NCBI RefSeq assembly: GCF_028689305.1 | Contig: NZ_JAQTWM010000003.1 | Span: 22,085 to 86,084 of the forward strand | DNA from: Rhodoferax sp. | GTDB taxonomy: Bacteria; Pseudomonadota; Gammaproteobacteria; Burkholderiales; Burkholderiaceae_C | Reading direction: 5' to 3' | DNA length: 64,000 nt | Notes under the pieces: generated by a model | The model's input: only the letters and a program-made list of their open reading frames with translations | Database searches by the model: none | What the model was told of the DNA's origin: nothing | In this document: piece by piece, positions 1 to 10,995 of the stretch | Layout of the letters: every line of letters begins with the position of its first letter | Numbering within the stretch: the first letter of the stretch is position 1 | Program-made: the position numbers and the translations under genes

Positions 1-2158
1 CTGCGCCTCCTGCGTGGCGCGGGCCGAGCGCGCGCTCAAGAAGGTTCCCGGCGTGCAGGACGTAGCCGTCAACCTGGCGACCGAGTCGGCCCGCGTGATG
101 GTGCTGCCCTCCGAGCAGGTTGAAGCCCGGCTCAAGCGGGCCGTGCGCGACGCCGGATACGAACCGGTGGCCGCCAACGCTGCCATGGATGCCGCCAGCG
201 AGTCCAGCTGGGCTGGTTTTGGCCCGGTAGCCTTCGGGCTGGCACTGTCACTGCCTTTGCTGCTGCCGATGCTGGGTGACCTGCTGGGCCGGCACTGGAT
301 GTTGCCGGCCTGGCTGCAGTTTGCCTTGGCCACGCCAGTGCAGTTTGTTCTGGGCGCACGTTTTTACAAGGCTGGCTGGCATGCCGTGAAGGCTCGCAGC
401 GGCAACATGGACCTGCTGGTGTCCATTGGCACCACTGCCGGCTGGGCTCTGTCGGTCTGGCTCTGGCTGAGCAGCCCTGCCAATGCCATGACGCACCTGT
501 ATTTTGAGGCGTCTGCAGTGGTCATTACCTTGGTGATGCTGGGCAAGTGGCTGGAGGCCCGCGCCAAGCGGCAAACCACGTCTGCCATTCGGGCTTTGCA
601 TGCGCTGCGTCCTGACACAGCCCATTTGCTGGGACTCGACGGTGAAGTGGATGTGCCGATCGATGAAGTGCTGGTGGGTGACCAGTTGGTGGTGCGCCCG
701 GGTGAACGTTTTGCCGTGGATGCGGTATTGCTGGAAGGGCAGACACAGGTAGATGAATCCATGCTGACCGGTGAGCCGCTGCCAGTAGCCAAGACCATGG
801 GTGAGCGGGTCACGGGTGGCACCCTCAATGGCGACGGACGGGTGGTGATTCAGGTCAGGGCGGTTGGGGTGGACACGGTGTTGGCCAACATCATCCGGCT
901 GGTGGAAGACGCCCAGTCCGCCAAGGCACCCATTCAGCGACTGGTTGACCAGGTCAGTGCCGTGTTTGTCCCGGTGGTGCTGGTGCTGGCATTGATCACG
1001 CTGCTGGGCTGGTGGTTCAGCGGCCATGGTTTTGAAGTGGCGCTGATCCAGTCCGTCACGGTGCTGGTCATTGCCTGCCCTTGCGCCCTCGGGTTGGCGA
1101 CACCCGTGGCCATCATGGCAGGAACCGGTGTGGCAGCCCAACATGGCATTTTGATCAAGGATGCCCAGGCACTTGAACTGGCACACAAGGCGCAGGTGGT
1201 GGTGTTTGACAAAACCGGAACGCTGACCGTCGGTCATGCCCGCCTGACCAGTTTTGTCGTGCCATCAGGCGCTGATGTGACCCAGCTGCTGGGCATTGCC
1301 GCTGCCATCCAGAGTGGCAGCAGCCACCCGCTGGCACGTGCCGTGGTGGTGGCTGCGCAAGAAAAAAACCTGCCGCTACCCACTGTCAGTCACATCGTGA
1401 GTGTTCCCGGCAAAGGTCAGCAAGGACAGGTGAATGCTGTTGAATACTGCATCGGCAACCCACTCTGGATCAAGGAACTGGGTGGGGATTTCCAGGCGTT
1501 TGACATGCAGCTCCAGACCCTACAGGCTCAGGGTGCCACGCTGGCAGTCATGGGCCAGCGCACGGCAACAGGCCTGGACGTCCTGGCCCTGATGGCTTTT
1601 GGTGACGAACCCAAGGTCAGTGCCATGCCAGCCATTGCCGCACTGCGGGCGCGAGGGATCCAGGTGCTGATGTTGTCGGGTGACCACCAGGCCGCAGCCC
1701 AGGCCATGGCCCGGCGCGTAGGCTTGCAGCCCAGTGAGGTCATCAGTGATGTCCTGCCGGGCGACAAGGCGGCTCATGTCCTGGCCTTGCGCCAGCATGG
1801 CCAGACCGTGGTGATGGTGGGTGACGGCGTGAACGACGCCCCGGCACTGGCCGCCGCTGATGTCGGCATGGCCATGGCCAACGCCGAAGGTGGCACCGAT
1901 GTGGCCATGCACGCCGCCGGCATCACCCTGATGCGCGGAGACTTGTCGCTGGTGGCAGCGGCGCTGGACATTTCCAGTCGCACCGTGGCCAAGATCAGGC
2001 AGAACCTGTTCTGGGCGTTCATCTACAACGTGGCGGGGATTCCATTGGCGGCACTGGGTTACCTGAACCCGGTGATGGCGGGCGCGGCCATGGCCCTGAG
2101 TTCAGTCAGCGTCATGAGCAACGCCTTGCTGCTGAGACGCTGGAAACCCAAAATATAA
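1..2158 (+). CDS. copA: Cu(I)-translocating P1B-type ATPase, 5' end outside the window
   Basis: Frame is open from the window start and reads CASC (metal-binding domain) before the listed ORF start; TGE, CPC, DKTGT, HP, GDGVND, YN and MxxSS motifs typical of P1B-1 pumps. Confidence 0.93.
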   Translation, partial: CASCVARAERALKKVPGVQDVAVNLATESARVMVLPSEQVEARLKRAVRDAGYEPVAANAAMDAASESSWAGFGPVAFGLALSLPLLLPMLGDLLGRHWMLPAWLQFALATPVQFVLGARFYKAGWHAVKARSGNMDLLVSIGTTAGWALSVWLWLSSPANAMTHLYFEASAVVITLVMLGKWLEARAKRQTTSAIRALHALRPDTAHLLGLDGEVDVPIDEVLVGDQLVVRPGERFAVDAVLLEGQTQVDESMLTGEPLPVAKTMGERVTGGTLNGDGRVVIQVRAVGVDTVLANIIRLVEDAQSAKAPIQRLVDQVSAVFVPVVLVLALITLLGWWFSGHGFEVALIQSVTVLVIACPCALGLATPVAIMAGTGVAAQHGILIKDAQALELAHKAQVVVFDKTGTLTVGHARLTSFVVPSGADVTQLLGIAAAIQSGSSHPLARAVVVAAQEKNLPLPTVSHIVSVPGKGQQGQVNAVEYCIGNPLWIKELGGDFQAFDMQLQTLQAQGATLAVMGQRTATGLDVLALMAFGDEPKVSAMPAIAALRARGIQVLMLSGDHQAAAQAMARRVGLQPSEVISDVLPGDKAAHVLALRQHGQTVVMVGDGVNDAPALAAADVGMAMANAEGGTDVAMHAAGITLMRGDLSLVAAALDISSRTVAKIRQNLFWAFIYNVAGIPLAALGYLNPVMAGAAMALSSVSVMSNALLLRRWKPKI

Positions 2159-2220
2159 GCAAAAAAACAGGCTCTAGCCCGGATGAAAACTGCCTTAATA
2201 GCTATAAAATTTATAGCTAT
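2154..2220. repeat. Dispersed ~65-bp element, copy 1
   Basis: TAGCCC (2175) - 20 nt - GCTA-N9-TAGC (2201-2217); lies between convergent genes. Confidence 0.8.
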
Positions 2221-2226
2221 TAGTGT

Positions 2227-2838
2227 TTATTTGGCTTTGTAGGTTGCGCTTTGCACCACCATATAGGTGACGGCATTTTTCAGATCGGTATCACTGAGAT
2301 TGGCCATGCCTGAACGGGCCGGCATGGCCTTGTGGCCCGTGATGGCCGAGCGCAGCAAACCATCCATCCCTTTTTGCAGACGCGGTTTCCAGGCAGAGAA
2401 ATCATTCAGACGGGGAGCCCCGTCCTTGCCATCACCATGGCAGGCCACACAATGACCTTGTACCAGCTGCTCACCAGTGGAACTGGTGGGTGTGGCGTAA
2501 GGCTTGCTCGGATCAACAGCCTTGCCAAAACTCACCATGAAAGCAATCGCCCGGCTCATTTCCAGGTCGCTCAGATTGGGTTGACCCCCATGCGCCGGCA
2601 TTTTGCCGATACCAGCGATGGCACTTTCGGTGAGTTTGGCCAATCCAAGTTTGGAACGCTGTGTCCAGGCGGGCACATCACCAATTTTTGGCGCGCCATC
2701 CTTGCCACTGGCATGACAGGCAACACAGGTCTGTTCAACCACTTCACGCCCAGTCTTTTCTGCCGCCCAGGCGCTGCTGACAGCCAGGGACAAAGCCGCT
2801 ACCGTGCTAACAACCATCCAACGACCATGAACCCGCAT
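2227..2838 (-). CDS. Diheme cytochrome c5
   Basis: Signal peptide; two c5-like units, each CVACH...GAP...W...MP; ATG at 2838 follows GGAG. Confidence 0.9.
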   Translation of the reverse strand: MRVHGRWMVVSTVAALSLAVSSAWAAEKTGREVVEQTCVACHASGKDGAPKIGDVPAWTQRSKLGLAKLTESAIAGIGKMPAHGGQPNLSDLEMSRAIAFMVSFGKAVDPSKPYATPTSSTGEQLVQGHCVACHGDGKDGAPRLNDFSAWKPRLQKGMDGLLRSAITGHKAMPARSGMANLSDTDLKNAVTYMVVQSATYKAK

Positions 2839-2925
2839 AACATCTCCTAAAGTGACCATCACCAGACTGATCCAGCGCTTTGACCCGGATGATTCTAGGA
2901 CATCCTCCTTGCCGACAAGTGTCGG

Positions 2926-3186
2926 TCAACGTGTCTCAGGAAGCTCAATCTTGACTTCCAGCACTTCCAGATTGTCCTGCCGTTCCAGGTTGACCTTGAT
3001 GTCTTCCTGATTGATCTTGACGTACTTGCTGATCACGGCAATCAACTCCCGCTGCAGATCTGGCAGGTAGTCCGGTTCAGCCGGGTTACGGCCGCTACGT
3101 TCATGCGCCAGGATGATTTGTAGCCGCTCCTTGGCCAGGCTGGCGGTCTTCTTTTTTTCACCGAGGAAAAACGAGAAAAAAGACAT
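2926..3186 (-). CDS. minE: Cell division topological specificity factor MinE
   Basis: MSFFSFF...[17 protein letters not shown] motif; downstream of minD. Confidence 0.97.
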   Translation of the reverse strand: MSFFSFFLGEKKKTASLAKERLQIILAHERSGRNPAEPDYLPDLQRELIAVISKYVKINQEDIKVNLERQDNLEVLEVKIELPETR

Positions 3187-3190
3187 GGCT

Positions 3191-4006
3191 TCACTTCCCC
3201 CCAAACAGACGTTTGAGCAGGCCTTGTTTGGGAGCCTCGGTAAAACGCATGGGTTTATCTTCACCCAGGAAACGGTCAATCACATCCTTGTAGGCTTCCG
3301 AAACATCACTGCCTTCAAGGTGAACCGCAGGAACCCCCTGGTTGGAGGCCTGCAGCACCATCTCGCTCTCAGGAATGATGCCAATCAGCTTGATACGCAA
3401 AATGTCCTGGATGTCCTGCAGCGACAACATTTGGCCCTGGTTCACACGAGCCGGGTTGTAGCGGGTGATCAGCAGATGTTCTTTGATCGGCGATTGCCCT
3501 TCCATGGCGCGTTTGGTCTTACTCGAAAGCATGCCCAGAATACGATCAGAGTCGCGCACCGATGACACTTCCGGATTGGTCACCACCAGCGCTTCATCAG
3601 CAAAGTGCATGGCCATCAGGGCGCCGGATTCGATACCGGCCGGGGAATCACACACGATGTACGCAAAGTCCATGGCCGTCAGTTCGGCAATGATTTTTTC
3701 CACCCCCTCCAGGCTCAACGCGTCCTTGTCACGGGTCTGCGAAGCAGCCAGCACATACAGGTTGTCACACTGTTTGTCCTTGATCAATGCCTGGTTCAGA
3801 TTGGCCTCGCCATGAATCACGTTGATCAGGTCATACACCACACGGCGCTCACAGCCCATGATGAGGTCCAGGTTGCGCAATCCGACATCAAAGTCGATCA
3901 CAGCCGTCTTGTGGCCACGCAAGGCCAGACCGGCGGCAAAACTGGCGCTGGTGGTGGTTTTGCCAACACCACCCTTGCCGGAGGTCACCACAATGATTTT
4001 TGTCAT
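3191..4006 (-). CDS. minD: Septum site-determining ATPase MinD
   Basis: [19 protein letters not shown]-terminal amphipathic helix GLLKRLFGG. Confidence 0.98.
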   Translation of the reverse strand: MTKIIVVTSGKGGVGKTTTSASFAAGLALRGHKTAVIDFDVGLRNLDLIMGCERRVVYDLINVIHGEANLNQALIKDKQCDNLYVLAASQTRDKDALSLEGVEKIIAELTAMDFAYIVCDSPAGIESGALMAMHFADEALVVTNPEVSSVRDSDRILGMLSSKTKRAMEGQSPIKEHLLITRYNPARVNQGQMLSLQDIQDILRIKLIGIIPESEMVLQASNQGVPAVHLEGSDVSEAYKDVIDRFLGEDKPMRFTEAPKQGLLKRLFGGK

Positions 4007-4032
4007 GTCAACAGAGTCTTTCAAAAAAGGAA

Positions 4033-4782
4033 TCAACCATTCAGCGCTTCAAACAGCAGCTTCTCCTGCCCGTCGTCACTCAGGCGCACCTGGGCAGGCT
4101 TGCCCTGCACATCCGGTGCCAACGGGTTCTCGCTGGTGCGATACACCCCGGCGATGGAAATCAGTTCAGGTTCAAGGCAGGTGGAAAAAATGCGCGCCTG
4201 GGCGTTGCCGCTGGCCCCCGCCATGGCCTTGCCTCGCAAGGGCGCATAAACGTGGATATTGCCATCGGCAACCACTTCTCCGCCCTGATTCACCATCGCC
4301 AGCAATACCAGATCGGCCCCACGGGCGTAAATTTTCTGGCCAGAACGCACGGGCTTGTCGATCACCAAAGTAGCCGGTCCAGGCACCTCACGCACCACTT
4401 CCTTGATGACTTCAACCGACGCTGAACCGGTTTTTCTGGATTCGCCTGCAGTTTTTCCACGGGTGAGTTCTGCTGGCGCCAGCATCAGGTCCTGGGCCAT
4501 GGCTAACGCCTGATGGGCCGGGTCAGTACTGCGAAAAGCCACAGGCTTCAACCGGCAATTCAGCAAGGCTTTCATCAAGGTATTCAAGTCCTCAGCCGAG
4601 ACCTGACCTTTGGTTTTGGAGCAATCGATGATGACACCATCGTTTTCGAAAAAATCGGCGTTGTCACTGTCGGGTCCATAACGCTGAAGCAAATCAGAGG
4701 CAAGCTGCTTCAAATCAGTTGTTTTGGCCAAAAGTGACATCAGTGGCAACTGGGCACTTTTGATTTCAAATGAATCGGTCAC
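4033..4782 (-). CDS. minC: Septum site-determining protein MinC
   Basis: VRSGQKIYA, ADGNIHVY, LRGKAMAG, ISIAGVY motifs; first gene of minCDE. Confidence 0.95.
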   Translation of the reverse strand: MTDSFEIKSAQLPLMSLLAKTTDLKQLASDLLQRYGPDSDNADFFENDGVIIDCSKTKGQVSAEDLNTLMKALLNCRLKPVAFRSTDPAHQALAMAQDLMLAPAELTRGKTAGESRKTGSASVEVIKEVVREVPGPATLVIDKPVRSGQKIYARGADLVLLAMVNQGGEVVADGNIHVYAPLRGKAMAGASGNAQARIFSTCLEPELISIAGVYRTSENPLAPDVQGKPAQVRLSDDGQEKLLFEALNG

Positions 4783-4879
4783 TGGATTGCTGCAAAGTCA
4801 AACAGTCGAAGAAAAATGGCCAGGAACAGGTCCCATGGCCGACAACACACAAGTGGTTCGGAAAGAGTTCCAAATCTTA

Positions 4880-5215
4880 CTTGATCACACCAGAAAAAAA
4901 ACTGTGGTCACGAGTTTATTCGTCTTATGCACAAGCCGGTTTCCGGCTGTTCTCCTGGCCACTTCAATGGTTGAAAGTTGTTCTACTATGACGTTTAAAT
5001 TCTTAATTTATAAAGTAGTCGTAGTAGATAGAGCCTCACAAAAAACGTTGATAAGTCATTTTTTTCTTTTTGAATCAACAGCTTCTGGAATGTTGACGGC
5101 TGTGTATGGGAGCGCTTTTTTGCAGTCACCGAAATCTGGATAAGTTTCAAATGTCGCCAGATTTGTGGATAACTTGCTGTTTCCAGACAAATTACTCACA
5201 GCTTTATCCAGATGG
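4880..5215. other. Probable chromosomal replication origin (oriC)
   Basis: DnaA-box matches TTATGCACA 4925-4933, TCTGGATAA 5135-5143, TGTGGATAA 5164-5172 (perfect), TTACTCACA 5192-5200, TTATCCAGA 5204-5212; AT-rich core 4993-5014 flanked by TAG-trimer runs; non-coding; about 10 kb from mnmG/parAB/parS. Confidence 0.8.
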
Positions 5216-5224
5216 CATGTGATC

Positions 5225-5264
5225 AAAAAAAAAGCCGGACCAGGGTCAAACCCATGGTCCGGCT
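5225..5264 (-). terminator. Intrinsic terminator of the ccm operon
   Basis: AGCCGGACCA...TGGTCCGGCT hairpin followed by a T run on the minus strand, just downstream of ccmI. Confidence 0.8.
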
Positions 5265-5295
5265 GTTGCGGTTGTACTGCTTTTTGGAATGTTGT

Positions 5296-6654
5296 TCAGG
5301 GTTTGGCTTTTCCAGCCATCCTGGCTTTGGCATCGGCAATTTCGGCCTTGACCTGTTCACTGTCCTTGGAGCCACCTGGCAAGACAGTCAGGACCGTTTC
5401 CCAGTGCCTGATGGCTTTGGCATAGTCGGCAGCCCGATAAGCCGCCTGACCGGCCATCATCAGCGCAACCGGGTGTTTGGGTTGGATCGACAGTGCCTTG
5501 TTAATGAGGGTTTGCGGTTGGCCAGTGAAGTCCCCCTTGGCCCTGCTGGCCAGCAAGTCTGCATACTGGGTGATCACGTCGGGGTCGGTGTCGAGCAGGC
5601 GGCCAGTTTTGGCAAAAGCCTGTTCTGCTTCAGCCGTGCGGCCCTGAACCTTGTAGGCGCGTGCCAATCGGGCCCAGCCGGCCACGTCATCCGGGTTGTC
5701 TTTCAAGCGTGCAGCCAGGCGCTCAACCATCTGGTTGATCATCTCGGGAGTCATGCCAGCAGCTGCACCTGTGGGGACGGGAGGCAGCTTGCCAGTCTCG
5801 GATGGTGCACTGGCCACTGGCAGGCCAGCCTTGGCACGGGCATCGTCGATGTTGGCCTGGATCTGCTGGGCGTCGGAGGAACCGGGTTCGAGCACCGAGA
5901 GCAATTTCTCCCATTGGGTGATGGCAAATTTGAAGTCGGAACGCCGGTAGGCAGCCACTCCTGACATCATCAATCCCATCGGGTGCGTCGGGTTGATGCC
6001 GAGCGCCTTATTGACCAATTCGAGTGGTTTGCCTTCGATGTTGCTGTCGGCGCGAACGGCCAGCAGATCAGCATAGTCCACCAGCAGGTCTGGCTCTTGC
6101 TGGACCAGGTCGCCGGCTTTCAAAAACGCTTGTTCTGCTTCATCCAGCCGGCCCATGACTTTGTAGGACCGGGCCAGCATCGCCCAACCCTTGGGATTGT
6201 CCGGGTTGGCCTTGAGTTTGGCCGCCAGCGTGTCGATCATTTTGATGATTTGCTGATCATCCACCTTGGCTGCGACGACCGGGTTGATGGCTGCAGGGGT
6301 GCCCAATTGCAGGTAGATGCCCAGGGCCAGAACCGGGGTACTCAAGCCGATGGCCAGTGCCGTGCGGCGAGCGTTCCAGAAACTGGTGTGGCCAGTGTCG
6401 GGTGGCGGTTCGTCATTCCCGGTATCGTCGAGCAGGCGCAATTGCAGCTCATCACGTGAGGTTTCGAAATCCTGTTGACTGATGACGCCACGGGCCAGGT
6501 CATTCTCAAGCGCCTTGAGCTGGTCGCGGTGGATCTCGGTGTTCAGTCGCACGCTGGAGATACCTGCAGCCGGTCTGGAACGCAGCAGGGGATAAACCAG
6601 CCAAGCCACCACCAGCAACGTCATGAGCGCTGCAATGCCAATAAAAACATTCAT
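5296..6654 (-). CDS. ccmI: Cytochrome c biogenesis protein CcmI with duplicated TPR module
   Basis: N-terminal TM and RDQL..LE.DL motif; two copies of the LxxNPDxxxGWxxLARxY TPR block. Confidence 0.9.
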   Translation of the reverse strand: MNVFIGIAALMTLLVVAWLVYPLLRSRPAAGISSVRLNTEIHRDQLKALENDLARGVISQQDFETSRDELQLRLLDDTGNDEPPPDTGHTSFWNARRTALAIGLSTPVLALGIYLQLGTPAAINPVVAAKVDDQQIIKMIDTLAAKLKANPDNPKGWAMLARSYKVMGRLDEAEQAFLKAGDLVQQEPDLLVDYADLLAVRADSNIEGKPLELVNKALGINPTHPMGLMMSGVAAYRRSDFKFAITQWEKLLSVLEPGSSDAQQIQANIDDARAKAGLPVASAPSETGKLPPVPTGAAAGMTPEMINQMVERLAARLKDNPDDVAGWARLARAYKVQGRTAEAEQAFAKTGRLLDTDPDVITQYADLLASRAKGDFTGQPQTLINKALSIQPKHPVALMMAGQAAYRAADYAKAIRHWETVLTVLPGGSKDSEQVKAEIADAKARMAGKAKP

Positions 6655-7118
6655 TTTGAAGAATCAGTCTCTTGAAGGAGGGCTTGGGCCTTGGCGCGTT
6701 GCGTATCGTCAAGCACGGTTGGGTTGGCGTTGTTTTGGGTTTGGCGGATGGTGCGGATCAGAATCCAGATGGCACCGAGCAGCAACAGCAGCGGACCAAA
6801 CCACAGCAGCCAGGTGGTTGGTTTGACAGGCGGCTGGTAGAGCACAAAGTCACCGTAACGGCTGACCAGGAAGTCCTTGATTTCAGCATCCGTCTTGCCT
6901 GATTTGATCAGGGTGCGAACTTCACGGCGCAAATCGTTGGCCAGGTCAGCGCGTGAACCGGCCAGCGATTCGTTCTGGCACACCAGGCAACGCAGATCTT
7001 CGGCAATGGCAATCAAGCGTTGTTCAACCACCGGGTCATCCGCCAGCGCCAGCGCTTCATTGGCATGGGACGCCACAACACCTTGCCATAACAGAAAAAG
7101 ACAGAGCCAGAATTTCAT
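6651..7118 (-). CDS. ccmH: Cytochrome c biogenesis protein CcmH
   Basis: LRCLVCQNES and RYGDFVLY motifs. Confidence 0.96.
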   Translation of the reverse strand: MKFWLCLFLLWQGVVASHANEALALADDPVVEQRLIAIAEDLRCLVCQNESLAGSRADLANDLRREVRTLIKSGKTDAEIKDFLVSRYGDFVLYQPPVKPTTWLLWFGPLLLLLGAIWILIRTIRQTQNNANPTVLDDTQRAKAQALLQETDSSK

Positions 7119-7639
7119 TTTTGGAGCTCCCGTATCAAGGGCAGCAGCTTGTCCTGGATGACGGCTGAAGTAAAGGGACCAATCTGTTTGTAGCGAATGA
7201 CGCCAGCCTTGTCGATCAGAAAGCTTTCAGGCACACCATAAACGCCAAAATCGATGCCGATTCGCCCGTCCCGGTCAGCGATGGCAACGTCGTAAGGGTT
7301 GCCATAACGGGCCAGCCACTTCTGGCCATCGGCATCCTTGTCCTTGTAATCGAGCCCCACAATCGGCAAGGTTCTGGTTTTGGCAAACTCAACCAGGATG
7401 GGATGTTCCTCGCGGCAGGCCACACACCAGGAAGCCCAGGTGTTGAGCAACCAGACCTTGCCCAGCATGTCCTGTTTGGTGAGCTGTAGCGCCGGGGTGT
7501 CGAGCACGGGTGCTGAAAAATCAGGCGCCGGCTTGCCGATCAGGGGGGATGGGATTTCGTGCGGATCTCGGGTCAGGCCAATGGCCAGAAAAATCAGCAG
7601 GACGACAAAGATGCCCAGGGGAATATAGGCTTTTTTCAT
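7115..7639 (-). CDS. ccmG: Thiol:disulfide interchange protein CcmG/DsbE
   Basis: WASWCVACREEHP and GVYGVPES motifs. Confidence 0.96.
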   Translation of the reverse strand: MKKAYIPLGIFVVLLIFLAIGLTRDPHEIPSPLIGKPAPDFSAPVLDTPALQLTKQDMLGKVWLLNTWASWCVACREEHPILVEFAKTRTLPIVGLDYKDKDADGQKWLARYGNPYDVAIADRDGRIGIDFGVYGVPESFLIDKAGVIRYKQIGPFTSAVIQDKLLPLIRELQK

Positions 7640-9603
7640 ACAGCCATGCCCTTGATGTCAGCCTGGTTCAGCTTGGTGGCCATTTTGCGGCGATAACGTT
7701 TGTCCAGTGCCGCCATGGCGCCACCGACGGCCATGAACAGGCAACCGACCCAGATCCACGGTACAAAAGGTTTGTGATAAACACGCATGGCCCAGGCCGG
7801 CTTGTCGGTACTCTCCAGTTTTTCACCCAGTGACACATAGACGTCACGGATGAACCCGCTGTCAATGGCGGCTTCGGTCATGGGCATGGTGGATGAAAAA
7901 TAGGTCCGTTTTTCCGGGTACAAGGTTTTCAGCACCTGGCCGCCTTGAATGAGTTCCACCGTGCCGACGTCCGCGTTGTAATTGGGTCCGGCCTTTTCAT
8001 TGATGCCAGTCAGCCGGAAGGTGTAGCCACCCACTTCAACCGTGTCGCCAATGGTCATGCGGACATCCTTTTCGGTTTCATACCCTTTGACCATGGTGAT
8101 ACCCACCACACACACGGCAATGCCAATGTGCGCCACATGCATGCCCCAGAACGAGATCGGCGTGGACTTCCAGTTGACCGTGTCCCTGATCTGACGAGCC
8201 ATCTGCACGATGGATGCCAGCACAATCCAGATGGCCAGCGTCAGGCCCAGCGCCACCAGGGCAGACCAATGGCCAGCCAGGAACGGGGCCGAGCAACCCA
8301 GCAAAACCGAAACAATGGCAATGGGCCGCAGCTTCTGGCTGAGTTCTGCCAGACTGTCACTCTTCCAGCGGGCAAACGAGCCGACCACCATCAAGAACAG
8401 CACCGGCAACATGATGGGGGCAAAAACACTGTTGAAGTAGGGCGGGCCAACTGACAGCTTGCCCAGGTTCAGGGCATCAATGATCAGCGGATACAGGGTC
8501 CCCAGCAGCACGGCCGCTGCCGCCGTGGTCAGCAAGACATTGTTCAGCAGCAGAAAGGTCTCGCGCGACATCATGGCGAAAGCACCCCCGGAGCGGACTT
8601 TGCCGGCACGCGCGGCAAACAGGATCAACGAACTGCCCACCACCACCGCCAAAAACATCAGAATGAACACCCCGCGTTTGGGATCAGAGGCAAACGCATG
8701 CACCGAGGTCAGCACGCCCGAGCGCACCAGGAAAGTACCCAACAGGCTCAGCGAAAAAGCGATCAGCGACAGCATGATGGTCCAGCTTCTGAACAGGCCA
8801 CGTTTTTCAGTCACCGCCAGCGAATGGATCAGCGCCGTGCCAACCAGCCAGGGCAAAAACGAAGCGTTTTCCACCGGATCCCAAAACCACCATCCGCCCC
8901 AGCCCAGTTCGTAATAGGCCCACCAGGAACCCATGGCAATGCCGATCGTCAGGCAGATCCAGGCAGCGGTGGCCCAGGGACGGGTCCAGCGTGCCCAGGC
9001 CGCATCCAGCCGGCCATTGAGCAGCGCCGCGATGGAAAAGGCGAACGGCACCGACATGCCCACATAACCCATGTACAGCATGGGCGGGTGAAACACCAGT
9101 CCAGGGTCCTGCAGCAGCGGGTTCAGGTCGCGTCCGTCGGCCGGTATGTCACTCAAACGCACAAACGGATTGGAGGTGACCAGCATGAACAGCAGAAAAC
9201 CGACGGCCACCAGACCCAGCACACCCAGCACCCGCGACACCATCACGTCGGGCAGCTGGCGTGAAAACAATGAAATACCCATCATCCAGGTACACAACAT
9301 GAGCAGCCACAACAGCAGCGAACCCTCATGGCCGCCCCACACTGCGGCAAGGCGGTAGATGTCAGGCAGTTTGGTGTTGGAATGCTGGGCCACATACAAC
9401 ACCGAAAAGTCGTTGGTATAGAACGCATAGGTCAGGCATAAAAACGACAAACCGGTCAGCAGCCACAGGGCCTGGGCGCCCGGGCGGGCCAGCGCCATCC
9501 AGTCTGCGCGGCCACGTTGCCCTCCCGCAATGCTCAGGATACCCAGCGGCAAGGCCACCAGCAGGGCAAGAATCAAGGAAAAATGGCCGATTTCAGGAAT
9601 CAT
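7636..9603 (-). CDS. ccmF: Heme lyase CcmF
   Basis: WGGHEGS, WAYYELGWGGWWFWDPVEN, SVHAFASDP motifs. Confidence 0.98.
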   Translation of the reverse strand: MIPEIGHFSLILALLVALPLGILSIAGGQRGRADWMALARPGAQALWLLTGLSFLCLTYAFYTNDFSVLYVAQHSNTKLPDIYRLAAVWGGHEGSLLLWLLMLCTWMMGISLFSRQLPDVMVSRVLGVLGLVAVGFLLFMLVTSNPFVRLSDIPADGRDLNPLLQDPGLVFHPPMLYMGYVGMSVPFAFSIAALLNGRLDAAWARWTRPWATAAWICLTIGIAMGSWWAYYELGWGGWWFWDPVENASFLPWLVGTALIHSLAVTEKRGLFRSWTIMLSLIAFSLSLLGTFLVRSGVLTSVHAFASDPKRGVFILMFLAVVVGSSLILFAARAGKVRSGGAFAMMSRETFLLLNNVLLTTAAAAVLLGTLYPLIIDALNLGKLSVGPPYFNSVFAPIMLPVLFLMVVGSFARWKSDSLAELSQKLRPIAIVSVLLGCSAPFLAGHWSALVALGLTLAIWIVLASIVQMARQIRDTVNWKSTPISFWGMHVAHIGIAVCVVGITMVKGYETEKDVRMTIGDTVEVGGYTFRLTGINEKAGPNYNADVGTVELIQGGQVLKTLYPEKRTYFSSTMPMTEAAIDSGFIRDVYVSLGEKLESTDKPAWAMRVYHKPFVPWIWVGCLFMAVGGAMAALDKRYRRKMATKLNQADIKGMAV

Positions 9604-9639
9604 GGTGTGTCACTGGGTAAGTTTCAGGGCGTGAACAAG

Positions 9640-10083
9640 CTACTTGAGGGTTTTGGCTGATTTTTCGATCTGAGCCCGGTCCATCGCGTGTTGTGCCTCA
9701 GGTGGCATGTAGTTTTCATCATGTTTGGCCAATACTTCCGAGGCGGTGAATTTCCCGCCCTCATTGAGTTGGCCCTGAGCCACGACCCCTTTGCCTTCGC
9801 GGAACAGATCCGGCAGGATGCCGGTGTAGGTGACCGGCACTTCCTTGACAGTGTCGGTCACCACAAAGGACACGGTCAGGTTGTCACGCTGGACCGAGCC
9901 GGTTTTCACCATGCCACCGATACGAAATGGCCGGTTTCTGGGCGCCTCGCCAGAGGCCACCTGACTCGGGGTGAAGAAAAACACCAGACTGCTCTGGAAC
10001 GCATTGAGGACAAAATAGGCGGCCAGCGCAATGGCTGCCAGGCCGCCAGCAATGAGGGCGGCGCGTTTATGACGTGGTTTCAT
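9640..10083 (-). CDS. ccmE: Heme chaperone CcmE
   Basis: LPDLFREG and [10 protein letters not shown] motifs. Confidence 0.98.
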   Translation of the reverse strand: MKPRHKRAALIAGGLAAIALAAYFVLNAFQSSLVFFFTPSQVASGEAPRNRPFRIGGMVKTGSVQRDNLTVSFVVTDTVKEVPVTYTGILPDLFREGKGVVAQGQLNEGGKFTASEVLAKHDENYMPPEAQHAMDRAQIEKSAKTLK

Positions 10084-10085
10084 GG

Positions 10086-10271
10086 TCAGGAATGGTTAGG
10101 GTCGCTGTCTGACCCGGTTTCGTTGGAAAGGTTTCGCAAAATGGCGCGATGTTGGGCGCGCAGCTGCCACACCTCGATGATCATCACCAGCGCAGTGATG
10201 CCAAAACTTCCCCAGACGTAAAAGGCGTAACCGCCCATGTCCAAAAACTCTGCGACGCTATGCCACTGCAT
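10086..10271 (-). CDS. ccmD: Heme exporter protein CcmD
   Basis: [15 protein letters not shown]; small protein between ccmC and ccmE. Confidence 0.93.
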   Translation of the reverse strand: MQWHSVAEFLDMGGYAFYVWGSFGITALVMIIEVWQLRAQHRAILRNLSNETGSDSDPNHS

Positions 10272-10995
10272 GTTTCACCCATTCGGTATGACGTTCACGA
10301 TCAAGAATGATGTTGCGCACCCGCAGTAGTGCGATGGCGATGGCATACATCCAGAAAGCCAGCACCATGATCAACATGCCCATCAGCATGGGGGTGGCCA
10401 TGGAGGCCCCTTTCATGGACACCGAGGCACCCTGGTGCAGGGTGTTCCACCATTTGACCGAGAAATAAATGATGGGCACATTCACCGCCCCAACCAGCGC
10501 CAGCACGGCACAGGCTTTGTCGGCACGGCGCGGATCGTCTATGCTGGACTGCAGGGCCAGGAAACCCAGGTATAGAAACAGCAGGATCAGCTCCGAGGTC
10601 AGGCGTGCATCCCAGACCCACCAGGCGCCCCACATGGGTTTGCCCCACAGGGCGCCGGTGACCAGTGACAAAAAGGCAAACAGCGCACCGGTCGGTGCCA
10701 GTGCCGAGGCCATCATGCCCGACAGGCGGGTGTTGAAAGCCAGCCCGATACCCGCCCAGGCCGCCATCACCAGGTAGATGAACATCGACATCTGCGAGGC
10801 CGGGACATGGACAAAAATGATGCGATAACCCTGGCCCTGCTGGGCATCCACCGGAGCAACAAAGAAGGATATCCACAGTCCGACCAGGGTCAGCACGGTG
10901 GCCAGCGCGGCAAACCATGGCCACATCCGGCCCGCCAGACCATAAAAGTTCTGTGGCGAGGCAAACTTGAACCAGTGAATCACACGTGTTTTCAT
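10258..10995 (-). CDS. ccmC: Heme exporter protein CcmC
   Basis: WGKPMWGAWWVWDARLT and WWNTLHQ motifs. Confidence 0.98.
   Translation of the reverse strand: MKTRVIHWFKFASPQNFYGLAGRMWPWFAALATVLTLVGLWISFFVAPVDAQQGQGYRIIFVHVPASQMSMFIYLVMAAWAGIGLAFNTRLSGMMASALAPTGALFAFLSLVTGALWGKPMWGAWWVWDARLTSELILLFLYLGFLALQSSIDDPRRADKACAVLALVGAVNVPIIYFSVKWWNTLHQGASVSMKGASMATPMLMGMLIMVLAFWMYAIAIALLRVRNIILDRERHTEWVKHAVA

Noticed and set aside
2866-2894. Fnr-like half-sites upstream of cytochrome c5
   Set aside because: Three or more mismatches to the consensus; too weak to call
4724-5425. Short ORFs across the minC-ccmI gap
   Set aside because: No protein motifs; the region is better explained as oriC plus a terminator
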